Part shown: positions 25,931 through 35,776 of the stretch, one piece after another
How positions within the stretch are numbered: the first letter of the stretch is position 1
Layout of the letters: the number at the start of each line of letters is the position of its first letter
From: an uncultured virus (IMG/VR IMGVR_UViG_3300033072_000717)
Taxonomy: Duplodnaviria; Heunggongvirae; Uroviricota; Caudoviricetes
IMG/VR virus record: IMGVR_UViG_3300033072_000717
Strand: one strand, 5' to 3'
Length of the DNA stretch: 64,000 nt
Translations under genes and position numbers: made by a program
Notes under the pieces: model-generated
Databases searched by the model: none
What the model saw: only the letters and a program-made list of their open reading frames with translations
Told to the model about the DNA's origin: nothing

Positions 25931-27184
25931 ATGGCCACCAATGGCTCCACTTGCGAACTCGACCCTGCTGATTTCGCACAGCTGATCTCCGATCAGAACA
26001 GCATCATCAAGCTGGCGATTGTTAAGCACATCGCCTTCAACGACCCGTACTCCAACCTTGTCTTCCAAGACACGTTCGAGTCGGGCTACGGCGAGCAGCA
26101 GATTTACGCTGCCACGCCCCGCGTCGCCCTCAACCAGTCCCTGACCGAGCCCCAGTTCACCAACTACTCGGAGTCCTGCCAGCTGTCGCCGGCAGTCGCC
26201 AAGTGGGGCAACTACACCTACACGTCCACCCCGGGCGTGCTGGAGGGTCAGTCGAACCCCATCTGCGTGCGCCAGCAGTATTTCGCCGTTGAGCGCCTGC
26301 TCTCGCAGTCCGTCGAGGCGATGAAGCGTGGCATCACCACGCTGATGGCCGCCGACAACCGCGCGAACTTCCTCAACCTCTCGGGCATCAAGTTCGTCGT
26401 GCCGGCCCCCGGCGCGGCCCCCGAGTCCGGCCTGACGGGTTCCGAGTGGGCTGTCTCCACCGCCTTCGCTGGTGGCCTTCCGGGCGACCGGATGACCTTC
26501 CAGTACGCCAAGTGGCTCCGCGACCTCCTGGTCTATGACTTCGAGCCGGAGCTGTTCGGCGAGGGCAACGACGCCCACGCGATCTACGTCACGTCGCAGG
26601 AACTCAACGACGCCCTGCGGACCGACGCGCCCATCAACAACACCCTCACCGCGTCCACGACCGGCGGGTACAAGGATGGTCACGACGGCCTGTGGCGCTA
26701 CGCCTTCATCGACTACAACTTCCGTGGTCTGAAGTTCGCCATCGACCCGAAGCCCCTGCGCTTCGACCAGGTTGACGGCAACGGCTTCCCGATCCTCCTG
26801 GAGCCCTACCTCCAGGTCGCGACGAACGCCGACGGCCTCACCTGGAAGACCAACCCCGCGTGGCAGAATGCCTCCTACGAGGTCTCGTTCATGTTCCTGT
26901 CCAAGAATGCCTTCTCGCGTCTGACGCCGGAGCGCTACTCGGGCGAGGGCAATGCCAAGTGGCCCACCGGCATGTTCGGTGGCGAGCTGGACTGGTTCAA
27001 CGTCAAGGAGTCCTGCAACCGCTGGGGCGACTTCGGCTGGTTCCAGTATCGCATCATCCGGGCCTTCCAGCCCCAGATGCCGCATCTGGTCGCCGCGATC
27101 CTGTCGAAGCGCTGCCGCGGGTCCTTCACGGACAACACTGACACCTGCACCGACCTGTCCGACCTGACGGACGTTGAGGTCTAA
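25931..27184 (+). CDS. putative major capsid protein
   Basis: 417 aa with strongly biased codon usage, own promoter and structured leader, followed by a terminator; position in the head operon. Confidence 0.75.
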   Translation: MATNGSTCELDPADFAQLISDQNSIIKLAIVKHIAFNDPYSNLVFQDTFESGYGEQQIYAATPRVALNQSLTEPQFTNYSESCQLSPAVAKWGNYTYTSTPGVLEGQSNPICVRQQYFAVERLLSQSVEAMKRGITTLMAADNRANFLNLSGIKFVVPAPGAAPESGLTGSEWAVSTAFAGGLPGDRMTFQYAKWLRDLLVYDFEPELFGEGNDAHAIYVTSQELNDALRTDAPINNTLTASTTGGYKDGHDGLWRYAFIDYNFRGLKFAIDPKPLRFDQVDGNGFPILLEPYLQVATNADGLTWKTNPAWQNASYEVSFMFLSKNAFSRLTPERYSGEGNAKWPTGMFGGELDWFNVKESCNRWGDFGWFQYRIIRAFQPQMPHLVAAILSKRCRGSFTDNTDTCTDLSDLTDVEV

Positions 27185-27199
27185 GGCGTCAGCCTAGCG

Positions 27200-27218
27200 G
27201 GGGAGCAATCCCCCTTTT
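27200..27218 (+). terminator. Rho-independent terminator-like hairpin after the capsid gene
   Basis: GGGGA-GCAA-TCCCC followed by TTTT; second hairpin CCTGCCGCA..TGCGGCAGG at ~27226-27260. Confidence 0.55.
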
Positions 27219-27298
27219 GATTACACCTGCCGCATCGGGATTAACCCCCGGTGCGGCAGGAGTCCCGAGAGTCGGGAAGCAGAAAGACTCACACTAAA

Positions 27299-27487
27299 AT
27301 GCCCTCACCACAGACTCCCGCGTGGAATGACAGCCAGACCGACCTCTGGCGGAAAATCAGCCAGAACTATTATGATCTGGCCGTGACGGAGGGCTATGCC
27401 GAGGCGCTGGAGCCGAACGCACTGGACACCCAGATGCAGGCCATGCGCAAGGTCGTTGAATACACCGCGTATCTCGCGAGTTTGTAA
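27299..27487 (+). CDS. small virion protein (WNDSQ motif)
   Basis: PAWNDSQTDLWRKISQN, paralogous to the N-terminus of the next gene. Confidence 0.6.
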   Translation: MPSPQTPAWNDSQTDLWRKISQNYYDLAVTEGYAEALEPNALDTQMQAMRKVVEYTAYLASL

Positions 27488-27501
27488 CCCCATTTCCCAC
27501 C

Positions 27502-28254
27502 ATGGCACAGCCCCCTCCCCTTTATCCGTTCTGGAATGACTCGCAGGAAAACCTCCTGCGCAAGATCACGAGCAACCTGGCGCACCTGATTGAGAACGGC
27601 GGCGGCCCGGGTTCTGTCGATACCGTCACTGGAACGGCCAACCAGATCACCGTCACCCCGAACACGGGCAACGTCGTGGTCAGCCTGCCCACGGCCATCG
27701 TTGGCGTCAATTCGCTCACGGCTGGCGGCTCCAACACTCTGACTCTGGCCACGGGTGCCGGCAATGCGAACATTGTGCTGGCGCCGCATGGGACGGGGAT
27801 TGTGTCGTCCGGGCCGATTGTTGCGACCTCCATCAACAACACGCCCATCGGGGCCGGCACGCCCTCGACCGTCGCGGCGACGACGCTGACCGCGGGTGAA
27901 GGGACCGGCCTCTCGGGCCTGTTTGGCTCGCTTGTCGGGCTCGGCAACCTGGGCGGTTTTCCGACCATCGCATCAAGTCAGGGAACGGCCTATGGCAACG
28001 CGACGCTCGGCCTTGTGCTGGCGGGAAGCGGGTCGACTAATTCGGTGACGATCACGAACTCGGCTGGGTCGACTATCGCGGCTTTCTCCTCCTCCACCGG
28101 CCTTGCGGTGACGGGCACCATCTCAACAACCGCCGCCGTGGCGTGGAACCTTGGCGCGGCCAACGTGGTCAGCCCGACCTCCCCCAATCGCACCCTGACG
28201 GTCACAGTGGCGGGCACCACCTACTACATTGCGGCCAAGTTGACGAATGACTAA
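27502..28254 (+). CDS. head/tail fibre-like structural protein
   Basis: G/T/S/A-rich beta repeats (VDTVTGTANQITV, INNTPIGAGTPST). Confidence 0.6.
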   Translation: MAQPPPLYPFWNDSQENLLRKITSNLAHLIENGGGPGSVDTVTGTANQITVTPNTGNVVVSLPTAIVGVNSLTAGGSNTLTLATGAGNANIVLAPHGTGIVSSGPIVATSINNTPIGAGTPSTVAATTLTAGEGTGLSGLFGSLVGLGNLGGFPTIASSQGTAYGNATLGLVLAGSGSTNSVTITNSAGSTIAAFSSSTGLAVTGTISTTAAVAWNLGAANVVSPTSPNRTLTVTVAGTTYYIAAKLTND

Positions 28255-28751
28255 TGCCGACCTACACACAAACCAAGGACACCGCAGACGCCACTGGTCC
28301 GTGGGAATGGACTGAGCTTACCAGCGGCGGAGGCTCACCCAAGCTCTCGGTTGCAATCCACTCGGATGCTTCGGCCAACATCACACTCACCAATCAAGTC
28401 AGCACAGTTCAATTCCTAGCCAACTCCAATCGCAACATCACTCGCGTTGACCTCACCGGATTCACTCAAATCCGGTTGGTCGCCCGGGTGATCACCGGCT
28501 CCGCCAGCGTCAACTCGCCCAAAATCTACCTTCGCTATGCCACCTCGTTCTCGACCAACACGGCGTCCTATCTCCAACTCGGTGAATCCGCCGAAGTGGA
28601 GGCATCGCTGGTCACTGCCGGAATGGCGGACTCCGGCTGGGTCAACATCGCCCCTGGTGCGATTGGTGACATCTTCCTCACCTGCCTCCAGTCTGGTGGC
28701 GACGGCGTGGCTGACCCTGCCCTTGGCATGGTGAATGTGCAAATGAGGTAA
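28254..28751 (+). CDS. putative structural protein
   Basis: TAATG-coupled; beta-rich composition. Confidence 0.5.
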   Translation: MPTYTQTKDTADATGPWEWTELTSGGGSPKLSVAIHSDASANITLTNQVSTVQFLANSNRNITRVDLTGFTQIRLVARVITGSASVNSPKIYLRYATSFSTNTASYLQLGESAEVEASLVTAGMADSGWVNIAPGAIGDIFLTCLQSGGDGVADPALGMVNVQMR

Positions 28752-28756
28752 GCCCA

Positions 28757-29023
28757 ATGTCCCACAATCCCTGCCATCACCCCTGCGACTGGACGGACGG
28801 AGACGAGCCGACCACTGACGATCTCGGCTGCTGCTCGCCCTATCCGATTCGCAAGACCTGCGAGGCCCCGGAGGTCCGGGTCCCGGACTGCGACGAGCAG
28901 GACCCCGTGGTCAGCTACGACCCCGAGACCGAGGAGTTCACCATCCTGACCAACCTCTACGACCAGAACTGCTCACCCATCACTGATCAGAACAGCAGCA
29001 TCATCCAGACCCTCATCACTTGA
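28757..29023 (+). CDS. Cys/Asp-rich small virion-operon protein
   Basis: In operon with phage codon usage. Confidence 0.55.
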   Translation: MSHNPCHHPCDWTDGDEPTTDDLGCCSPYPIRKTCEAPEVRVPDCDEQDPVVSYDPETEEFTILTNLYDQNCSPITDQNSSIIQTLIT

Positions 29024-29035
29024 CCCCCAGAAGCC

Positions 29036-29455
29036 ATGTCCCAGCTCAACTCCACCAACTATCCTGCGGCCACCCCGGTTGCCGCTGACTACATCCCGTT
29101 CGTCCGGGACTCCGATTCAGCGGTCCGAACCGTCGATCTTCAGGTCCTGGCCAATGTCATCCAGTCGCTCGCCGGCACCAACCTGTCCGTCGATGTCATC
29201 TCGGCAAACGCCGGCCTGACCACCGAGCAGCTGGTCATCGCCAATTCCGCCGGGGCTTTTGACCTCGACCTCCCGGCTTCGTCCCTGAACACGGGGCGCC
29301 GCTTCCTCATTTTCAACAAGGGTGCCGGGGCGGTCACGGTTGTCCCGGACGGCATTGACACCATTGCCGGCGCAGCCTCCCTCGTCCTCGCTCAATATGA
29401 GGGCGTGACACTCGTTTCCGACGGCCTTGGGATGTGGGCGCAATTCGGGCCTTAA
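29036..29455 (+). CDS. fibre/decoration-like protein
   Basis: LDLPASS..GRRFLIFNKGAGAVTV..DTIAGAASLVL..LVSDG..W motif common in fibre modules. Confidence 0.6.
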   Translation: MSQLNSTNYPAATPVAADYIPFVRDSDSAVRTVDLQVLANVIQSLAGTNLSVDVISANAGLTTEQLVIANSAGAFDLDLPASSLNTGRRFLIFNKGAGAVTVVPDGIDTIAGAASLVLAQYEGVTLVSDGLGMWAQFGP

Positions 29456-29479
29456 TTCACTCTCAACCCCAGAAATCCG

Positions 29480-29827
29480 ATGAAGATCGACCTCGCACAG
29501 AAGATTGACATGACCTGCCCCTCTCCGGGCGGCTCGTCCAGCGACGCCAAGATGAGCTACCCGTCGCTGTATTTCACGCACGACGAACCCGTGGACCTGC
29601 CCGACGAGGGCACTGCGGTCATCAAGTTCCGCAAGGTGGAGTCGAGCGAGAACACGCGCGACCCCGATGACCCCAAGTATCGCTGCGAAATCGAGGTCCA
29701 CAGCATCGACGTGGCCGAGTCCCGCAAGAAGGAGGACGGGATGGTGTCCGTCAGCGACGCCTTCCGTAAGGCGGCCATGAAGAAGATGAAGTCCAAGATG
29801 GAGGATGACTACGAGGAGGAGGATTAA
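29480..29827 (+). CDS. hypothetical virion-operon protein
   Basis: ORF with acidic C-terminus. Confidence 0.55.
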   Translation: MKIDLAQKIDMTCPSPGGSSSDAKMSYPSLYFTHDEPVDLPDEGTAVIKFRKVESSENTRDPDDPKYRCEIEVHSIDVAESRKKEDGMVSVSDAFRKAAMKKMKSKMEDDYEEED

Positions 29828-29829
29828 GC

Positions 29830-30819
29830 GTGTATGTTTCCGACATCTATCCTGACCTCAAGCGCGCCTTCGAGGGGTGCGATGAGGCGACCATTCTGCG
29901 TCGCACCACGGAGGCGGTCCGGCTGCTGAACAACCAAGGCATCCTCGACTACAACCTCGGGGAGATGAGCCTGTGCGTGTGCGACGGCTGCATCACGCTG
30001 CCACGCGATGTCGGCACGGTGCTGGGCGTCAACCAGCACGGGCAGCCCACGCTCCTTCAGGACCAGTGGTTCCAGTATCACATCAACGGCCCCGGCGACG
30101 GGGGTTGCACGCCGTGTGACGCGAACAGCTACGAGCTTGGGCAGTTCTGCACGTTCCGCGACCCGAGCGAGCCGGTCTATCTGGTGGCGGAGGTCACGAG
30201 CGCTGCGGACAACAACAAGAAGCTCAGGGTGTTCGCGCTGGATGAGGCCGGGAATAAAATCTACACCGCCGGCCCGGACGGGACGCTGAACGAGGGCTTC
30301 CTCGTGCCCATGATCTTCGGCTTCCCGACCAAGGCCCCGAATGTCCCGGCGCTGTCCAAGATTTACCGCATCAGCCGAGAGGCCACCAAGGATTTCGTCA
30401 AGGTGATCGCCATCAACAAGTCCGATTCCGCCGTCAACACCCTCATCGGGTATTACGAGCCGGACGAGACCGAGCCGTCCTACCGCCGCATCCGGGTCGG
30501 GAACAAGCGCAGCGTCCGCATCAAATACAAGAAGGCCGACCTTGAGCTTCGCTCCCAGCGGGACTGGATCAACTGTGACAACCGGCTGGCCCTGATCATG
30601 GCCTGCCGCTCGGTCAAATACAAGATGGACGACAAGTGGCAGCAGTCGCGGGATGCCGAGGTTGAGGCTGTCAGGCTCATCACGCAGGAGGCCGAATCGA
30701 AGCGCCCGGCCGGTCCCCGCGTGCCCCAGATCATCAACGGGGTGTTCCAAGACGACGAGGACAACCTGTATTACTCCTCCCACGGCTACGGCACTCCGGG
30801 CAGAGGGGGGAATTGGTAG
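29830..30819 (+). CDS. putative head-tail adaptor / tail tubular protein A-like
   Basis: Size and position before the large tail gene; synteny only. Confidence 0.5.
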   Translation: MYVSDIYPDLKRAFEGCDEATILRRTTEAVRLLNNQGILDYNLGEMSLCVCDGCITLPRDVGTVLGVNQHGQPTLLQDQWFQYHINGPGDGGCTPCDANSYELGQFCTFRDPSEPVYLVAEVTSAADNNKKLRVFALDEAGNKIYTAGPDGTLNEGFLVPMIFGFPTKAPNVPALSKIYRISREATKDFVKVIAINKSDSAVNTLIGYYEPDETEPSYRRIRVGNKRSVRIKYKKADLELRSQRDWINCDNRLALIMACRSVKYKMDDKWQQSRDAEVEAVRLITQEAESKRPAGPRVPQIINGVFQDDEDNLYYSSHGYGTPGRGGNW

Positions 30820-30887
30820 CAATCGCGGGAGTTGCGCCAGCGGAGCCACCCTGTAGCATGGGCGCGCAATCAGAATCCATCACAACC

Positions 30888-31181
30888 ATGAAGCAAATCC
30901 CAAATAAACTGTTCGTCATCAACGCGGCCGGCAAAGCCGAGCCCGTTTCGGTCGCCAAGCTGCTGCTCCAGGCCCTCAACACTCCCCCGCAGGGAGGCTT
31001 TGACCTCGCCACCATTCGCGCCCGCAACCGGGTGAGCGTTGTGGCCGAGTCCGTGGATGACGGAGGCACCATTTCCCTTGAGGATGCCGACTTCCAGACC
31101 GCCAAGGAGGCCGTGGCCGCGACCAAGTGGTCCATCCGCGAGCCGTTCATCGTGGAGTTCTCCGAACTCTTTGGACTGTGA
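30888..31181 (+). CDS. hypothetical protein
   Basis: ALNTPPQGGF..I.LEDADF phage motif. Confidence 0.55.
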   Translation: MKQIPNKLFVINAAGKAEPVSVAKLLLQALNTPPQGGFDLATIRARNRVSVVAESVDDGGTISLEDADFQTAKEAVAATKWSIREPFIVEFSELFGL

Positions 31182-31184
31182 TCA

Positions 31185-34022
31185 ATGGCCGATGCCAAAG
31201 ACTATCTCGCCGGCTCCAGCAGCCTCGTCCTTGGGGCTGACAGCTACACCAATCCCAGCGAACTGCTGGACCGCGAGTATGTCATGGGGCAGAACGTCGT
31301 CTGCCGCGGCGGAATAGTCCAGACACGCCCGGGAACACGCTCCCTTTTCTGCGCGCCCCGTGGCAACTTTCAGGGCGTCACGCTGTTCACTCCTCAGAAC
31401 GGCGTGGCGCATCTGGTTTTTGCCGTGGACGGGAAGGTGTATGTGTCCGCCGAGCCGTTCACCTCATATCGCCGGCTCGCGAACCTCCAGTTCAACCCCT
31501 CCTCCAAGTATGTTGCGTGGGCCTCGTGCCTCAAGAGCACGGATTATGACGCCGAGGGGGTGATCTACTCGCTCGCGCAGCCCTATTCCGTCCTGATGAT
31601 GCAGGATGGCCTGACCCGCGCAGCCTACTGGGATGGCAGCAACAGCGGGCACCTCAATCCCGCCGAGCCCCCCTTCCCGGACCAGTCCGACATCGTGCCC
31701 GGCTTCACGGAAACGCCCGTCGGGCTGTGGATGGTTTGGAGCGGCAACCGTCTTTGGGTGTCGCGGGGCAACCAGATATTCGCCTCGGACATCGGCAACC
31801 CGCTGAAGTTCACCGAGGCCACCTATCTTAACGAGGCCCGGGCTTTTTACCTGTCCGGCCCCTGCACGGGCTTTATCGAGACGCCCGACCAGCAGGGTAT
31901 CATCGCATTCACCGAGAACGACGGGACATTCTTCCAGTCGTCCATCCAGGAGCGGGCGAGTTGGCTGTCCACCCCCGACTTCCAGAAGGTCATCCTGCCG
32001 AACATCGGCTGCGTGGCCCCGCGTTCGCTGCTCACCCAGTATGGGCTGAACTGGTGGTTCGCATCCCGTGGGTTCACCAACCTGAACGCGGCCCTCCGGC
32101 AGAATATCACGAGCCGGATTGACTATCAGGACAACGAGATGTTCGCGTCCAAGGCGTATCTCTCGCCGGACCTGAGCGGGATTTGCGCCGGGTATTACGA
32201 GAACTACCTGATGGTGTCCGTGCCGTCCGGGGACGTGCTGAACCGCCACACCTGGGTCTTGGACCAAGCGCCGTTCGAGGGCAACGTCAACACATGGACC
32301 GGGTTCTGGTCGGGCTGGCGTCCGGTGGAGTGGGCTCGCGGCATTGTCAACGGGAACGAGCGCGTGTTCTTCGGCAGCGTGGACTATGACGGCAACAATC
32401 GGCTGTGGGAGGGAATGCTGGAGGATCGCACGGACAACGGATGCCCAATCACCTGCTACGCGCAGCTGAGGGACCACGCGGCCGGCGACCTTGACCAGAA
32501 GCGATATGAGTGGAGCAAGTTTTTCCTCTCGCAGATTCTCGGCGATGTGCGCCTGAACGTCTATGTGGCGTCCACCAAGGGGGCCTACCAACTCCAGAAG
32601 GAATACAAGATCGTGGCCACGGAAGGTCAGGTCTATGCCGACACTGCCTACTCCGAGTCCGGCCCCTTGATCGCCGGAAACCGCGTGCAGACCAGAACGA
32701 TCCGCACTCCAGGCGACCCCGAGGACAATGAGTGCAACTCCTGTGGCGTTGAGTCCAAGGAGGGCAACATGATAGACTACGCCTTCTCCCATCTCCTCGT
32801 CTGGTCCGGGAGGATGGGCGTGCGGGCGTATCAGATGCACATGCGGTCAAGCCCGGAGCGCGACGGTGGCGAATGCACGGAGGATGAGGTTGGCCCGAGG
32901 GTGCTGAATGACCAAGGGTGCTCCACGATTTCCGGGCTCTATCTGTCGGAGGCCGTGTTCCCGACCTTCGTTGGCACCGCCACGGGCTCCATGACCCTCG
33001 GGGACGGCAGCACCGTGGCCATCCAGAAAACCGTGGTGTCCGGGGTCTCTCAGTCCGACGCCGACGCCCGCGCCCAATGCGCGGTGGACCAGATGATCAA
33101 CTTCCTCACCGAATACACCAACGGAATCAACGCGGTTTCCATCCCGGCCGGCGTCTATGGCGGCAACGTGGACGTGACCGACGTGGTTACATCCGGCTCC
33201 GGCGGTCCCGGGTTTGCCGACGGATGGGCCAGGTTGGACTCGCCGGGGGATTTCATCATCGTGGAATCGCCCATTACGCCGAGGGCGCCCGGCATCGCCT
33301 CGATTGAGTATGCAAGCGCCTCTGGCGATGCGGAACTGTGCCCGGACTGGCATACCATTGGCACCGGAGCCGGGAGCAGGGACAAGGGCTCTCCCTGCGC
33401 CGGGCCTTCCGACGGGGCATTCGACTTCACCATCCTCGCCGAGTTCGCTTCGCATCCGAGCGGGACGCTTGACCCGAAGGTGCGCGTGGGCGGGACGTGG
33501 AACCAGACCTCCGGCGCGTGGGCGGGCAACCTCAAGATGGTCTCGCAGCCGTCTGGCAGCGTGCTGGCTGACTTGGCGTGGACCGGCGCCACGGTGGAGC
33601 GGAATGTTCCGTCGGGCGACACCTCAATCGAGGTTTACGTCGGCGGCAACTGCTTCGGGAGCGTGACCACTGAGGCGCTGGTCGGGACTTACACCTATTG
33701 CGAGCAGGACACGGCCGACTTCGGCGCTCTCACGCCGGACAGCCCGGCTATCCCATCGTCCTTCGCCGGAACGTGGTCCTACTCCACATGGGAAACCGCC
33801 TCCTGCCGGGTGGCCATTGCGACCTTCAATCTCGCCAACCTCACCTCCGGCTCCGACTACCGGCTCACGGTCGATTTCGCCGCAAGTTCCGGGCCGGCAC
33901 CCGCCCAAGTGGTTCAGGACTTCACGGCGACAGGCGCAACCGAGTCCATTCAGGTCACGATCCTCTGGGGCGCGTCTGGCGTAACCACGTCAATCGCCTC
34001 CTCAACCCTGGTCAAGCTATGA
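31185..34022 (+). CDS. putative tail tubular B / stabilisation (nozzle) protein with C-terminal extension
   Basis: Beta-propeller-like motifs (QTRPGT, WSGNRLWV..IFASDIG.P, IGCVAPRS); typical podovirus position. Confidence 0.6.
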   Translation: MADAKDYLAGSSSLVLGADSYTNPSELLDREYVMGQNVVCRGGIVQTRPGTRSLFCAPRGNFQGVTLFTPQNGVAHLVFAVDGKVYVSAEPFTSYRRLANLQFNPSSKYVAWASCLKSTDYDAEGVIYSLAQPYSVLMMQDGLTRAAYWDGSNSGHLNPAEPPFPDQSDIVPGFTETPVGLWMVWSGNRLWVSRGNQIFASDIGNPLKFTEATYLNEARAFYLSGPCTGFIETPDQQGIIAFTENDGTFFQSSIQERASWLSTPDFQKVILPNIGCVAPRSLLTQYGLNWWFASRGFTNLNAALRQNITSRIDYQDNEMFASKAYLSPDLSGICAGYYENYLMVSVPSGDVLNRHTWVLDQAPFEGNVNTWTGFWSGWRPVEWARGIVNGNERVFFGSVDYDGNNRLWEGMLEDRTDNGCPITCYAQLRDHAAGDLDQKRYEWSKFFLSQILGDVRLNVYVASTKGAYQLQKEYKIVATEGQVYADTAYSESGPLIAGNRVQTRTIRTPGDPEDNECNSCGVESKEGNMIDYAFSHLLVWSGRMGVRAYQMHMRSSPERDGGECTEDEVGPRVLNDQGCSTISGLYLSEAVFPTFVGTATGSMTLGDGSTVAIQKTVVSGVSQSDADARAQCAVDQMINFLTEYTNGINAVSIPAGVYGGNVDVTDVVTSGSGGPGFADGWARLDSPGDFIIVESPITPRAPGIASIEYASASGDAELCPDWHTIGTGAGSRDKGSPCAGPSDGAFDFTILAEFASHPSGTLDPKVRVGGTWNQTSGAWAGNLKMVSQPSGSVLADLAWTGATVERNVPSGDTSIEVYVGGNCFGSVTTEALVGTYTYCEQDTADFGALTPDSPAIPSSFAGTWSYSTWETASCRVAIATFNLANLTSGSDYRLTVDFAASSGPAPAQVVQDFTATGATESIQVTILWGASGVTTSIASSTLVKL

Positions 34023-34231
34023 GCCGCATCGGACTGGGCGACATTCTCTACTGGCTGTTCCGCCCGGCGGTCTATTTCATAGACTGGGCGTGGGGCACCG
34101 ACCTGAAGGACTGCCAGGTGTGCAAGGCCCGAAGGCACAAGTTGAACGGCATGTTTTCCGTCCCGGCGTGGGCCATTATTTTGTTCGTGACTCTCCTTGT
34201 CGCCGCAATCTCTTGGAGGAACGGTGAATGA
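34019..34231 (+). CDS. small protein with CxxC and C-terminal TM
   Basis: GLGDILY..DCQVCKARRHKLN..hydrophobic tail. Confidence 0.5.
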   Translation: MSRIGLGDILYWLFRPAVYFIDWAWGTDLKDCQVCKARRHKLNGMFSVPAWAIILFVTLLVAAISWRNGE

Positions 34232-34380
34232 CGACTCCGTTCAAGGCCCTTGCACCCTTCGAGCCCCGCGTGGTGGACATCTTCTATGCCGCCAGCACAG
34301 GGGTGTGCGTGGATTGCACGGACTGCTCGGACGTGACCGATGCAACGGACGTAACCGACATGGGGGAGATTGAAATCTGA
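34228..34380 (+). CDS. 50-aa TD-rich peptide (not in the ORF track)
   Basis: MTTPFKALAPFEPRVVDIFYAASTGVCVDCTDCSDVTDATDVTDMGEIEI*; coupled to both neighbours. Confidence 0.55.
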   Translation: MTTPFKALAPFEPRVVDIFYAASTGVCVDCTDCSDVTDATDVTDMGEIEI

Positions 34381-35306
34381 TGTCTGACGCACTGCCAATC
34401 CAAATCCAGATGGGGGCGCTGCCGCCGGCTGTCAGCTGGACCCCGCAGCAGTTGGCCGACGCGATGGTCCGCCGGATGTCGCTCGTCACCTCCCAGTCAT
34501 TCGCCCTTTTCGTGGCTGGCAGCACGGAGCCCGCCTACAATGCCGGGCCGTGGCTGAAGAACGGCACCGAATGGTGGGTCTGGGACAACGGGACCGGGCA
34601 ATATGAGCCGATCTCCGTGCCCCAGGAATCCCTCGGCTATTTCATCGGCTCCACCACCCCGGACCAGACGGTTTACCAGTTCTGGATTCAGACCACGGCG
34701 GGCGGGCAGCCGCTCGCCATCAAGACCTACTACTCCGGTGCATGGACGGACGTTTACGCGCAGACGCTTTCCGGGTATGTGACCGCAGCCACGCTGGCGA
34801 ATTACTCAACGACCGCGCAAATGAACTCGGCGATTGCGGCGGCGATTTCTGGAATCCCGGCGTCTGTTGTCGGCCAGGGATTGTTCAAGGGCGTCCCAAG
34901 CGTTAATCAAAATGTGGTCTTTGGGGCCGGCGGAAATCAATCGGGGACCGTCAACCTTGGGACCATACCCTTTAATCCTGATTCCTCTTTTGCCGCAAAC
35001 AAGTTTACTGTTCCGGCGACCGGGTATTACACGTTCAGCGGCTCTTTGAATACTGGCGTGTCCTCTGGCTCTCCAACCTCGGTTGACATCAGGGCCTACT
35101 TCGCGGTCAATGGCTCCGCGGGGGACAGCCTGAATGACGAGCCTAGCGTGACGGAACTCGGAGGCCGGGTGTTTGTCGGAACAACCGTCCTCCAGCTTTC
35201 AGCCGGAGACGAGGTTGAATTGTCCTACGACATCACGGTCGATGCTGCCTGCACCGTGTATTTTGACGCCGCCGAAACCTTCCTAACCGGATATCGAGTT
35301 CGATGA
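34380..35306 (+). CDS. tail fibre/spike with C1q-like C-terminal domain
   Basis: FNPDSSF..NKFTVPATGYYTFS..VLQLSAGDEVEL..FLTGYRV. Confidence 0.7.
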   Translation: MSDALPIQIQMGALPPAVSWTPQQLADAMVRRMSLVTSQSFALFVAGSTEPAYNAGPWLKNGTEWWVWDNGTGQYEPISVPQESLGYFIGSTTPDQTVYQFWIQTTAGGQPLAIKTYYSGAWTDVYAQTLSGYVTAATLANYSTTAQMNSAIAAAISGIPASVVGQGLFKGVPSVNQNVVFGAGGNQSGTVNLGTIPFNPDSSFAANKFTVPATGYYTFSGSLNTGVSSGSPTSVDIRAYFAVNGSAGDSLNDEPSVTELGGRVFVGTTVLQLSAGDEVELSYDITVDAACTVYFDAAETFLTGYRVR

Positions 35307-35776
35307 TCTCCGTGGAGCCAACCGCCGATACCGACTACATCAAATCCGTGTTCCTGAACCCGTCCATTTACGACTCGATGCGCGACGACTCGTGCCCGTC
35401 AACCCCGAGCGACACCACGCTGGGGCTGGAGTCGGCGCCGCCTGGCGTATTCCTGAAGGTGAAGATGGACGGGAATCCCTGCGGCGTTTTCTGGCTGCGC
35501 TGGATTGATGGGGCAAAGATTGAGGTTCACACGGCCCTGCTTGAACCCTGCCGCGGTCGGCGCGCCATTGATGCCGCCAAGGCACTGATGTCGTGGGTGT
35601 GGTCCAACACCGTGGCCGTGGCCATTCGGTCTTACGCATGGTCTGACGCGCCGGTCGTCTCGTGGTTCTGCCGCGCGGTCGGTATGCGCGAGCAGGAAAC
35701 CGTGGCGTGGCCCAACACCCGCAACGGCAAGCCTGTCGCCATCACCTATTTTGAAATTGAAAGGGGGGTAGCCTGA
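35303..35776 (+). CDS. GNAT-like virion assembly protein (DUF2824-like)
   Basis: IEVHTALLEPCRGRRAI..WVWSNT; typical position before ejection proteins. Confidence 0.6.
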   Translation: MISVEPTADTDYIKSVFLNPSIYDSMRDDSCPSTPSDTTLGLESAPPGVFLKVKMDGNPCGVFWLRWIDGAKIEVHTALLEPCRGRRAIDAAKALMSWVWSNTVAVAIRSYAWSDAPVVSWFCRAVGMREQETVAWPNTRNGKPVAITYFEIERGVA

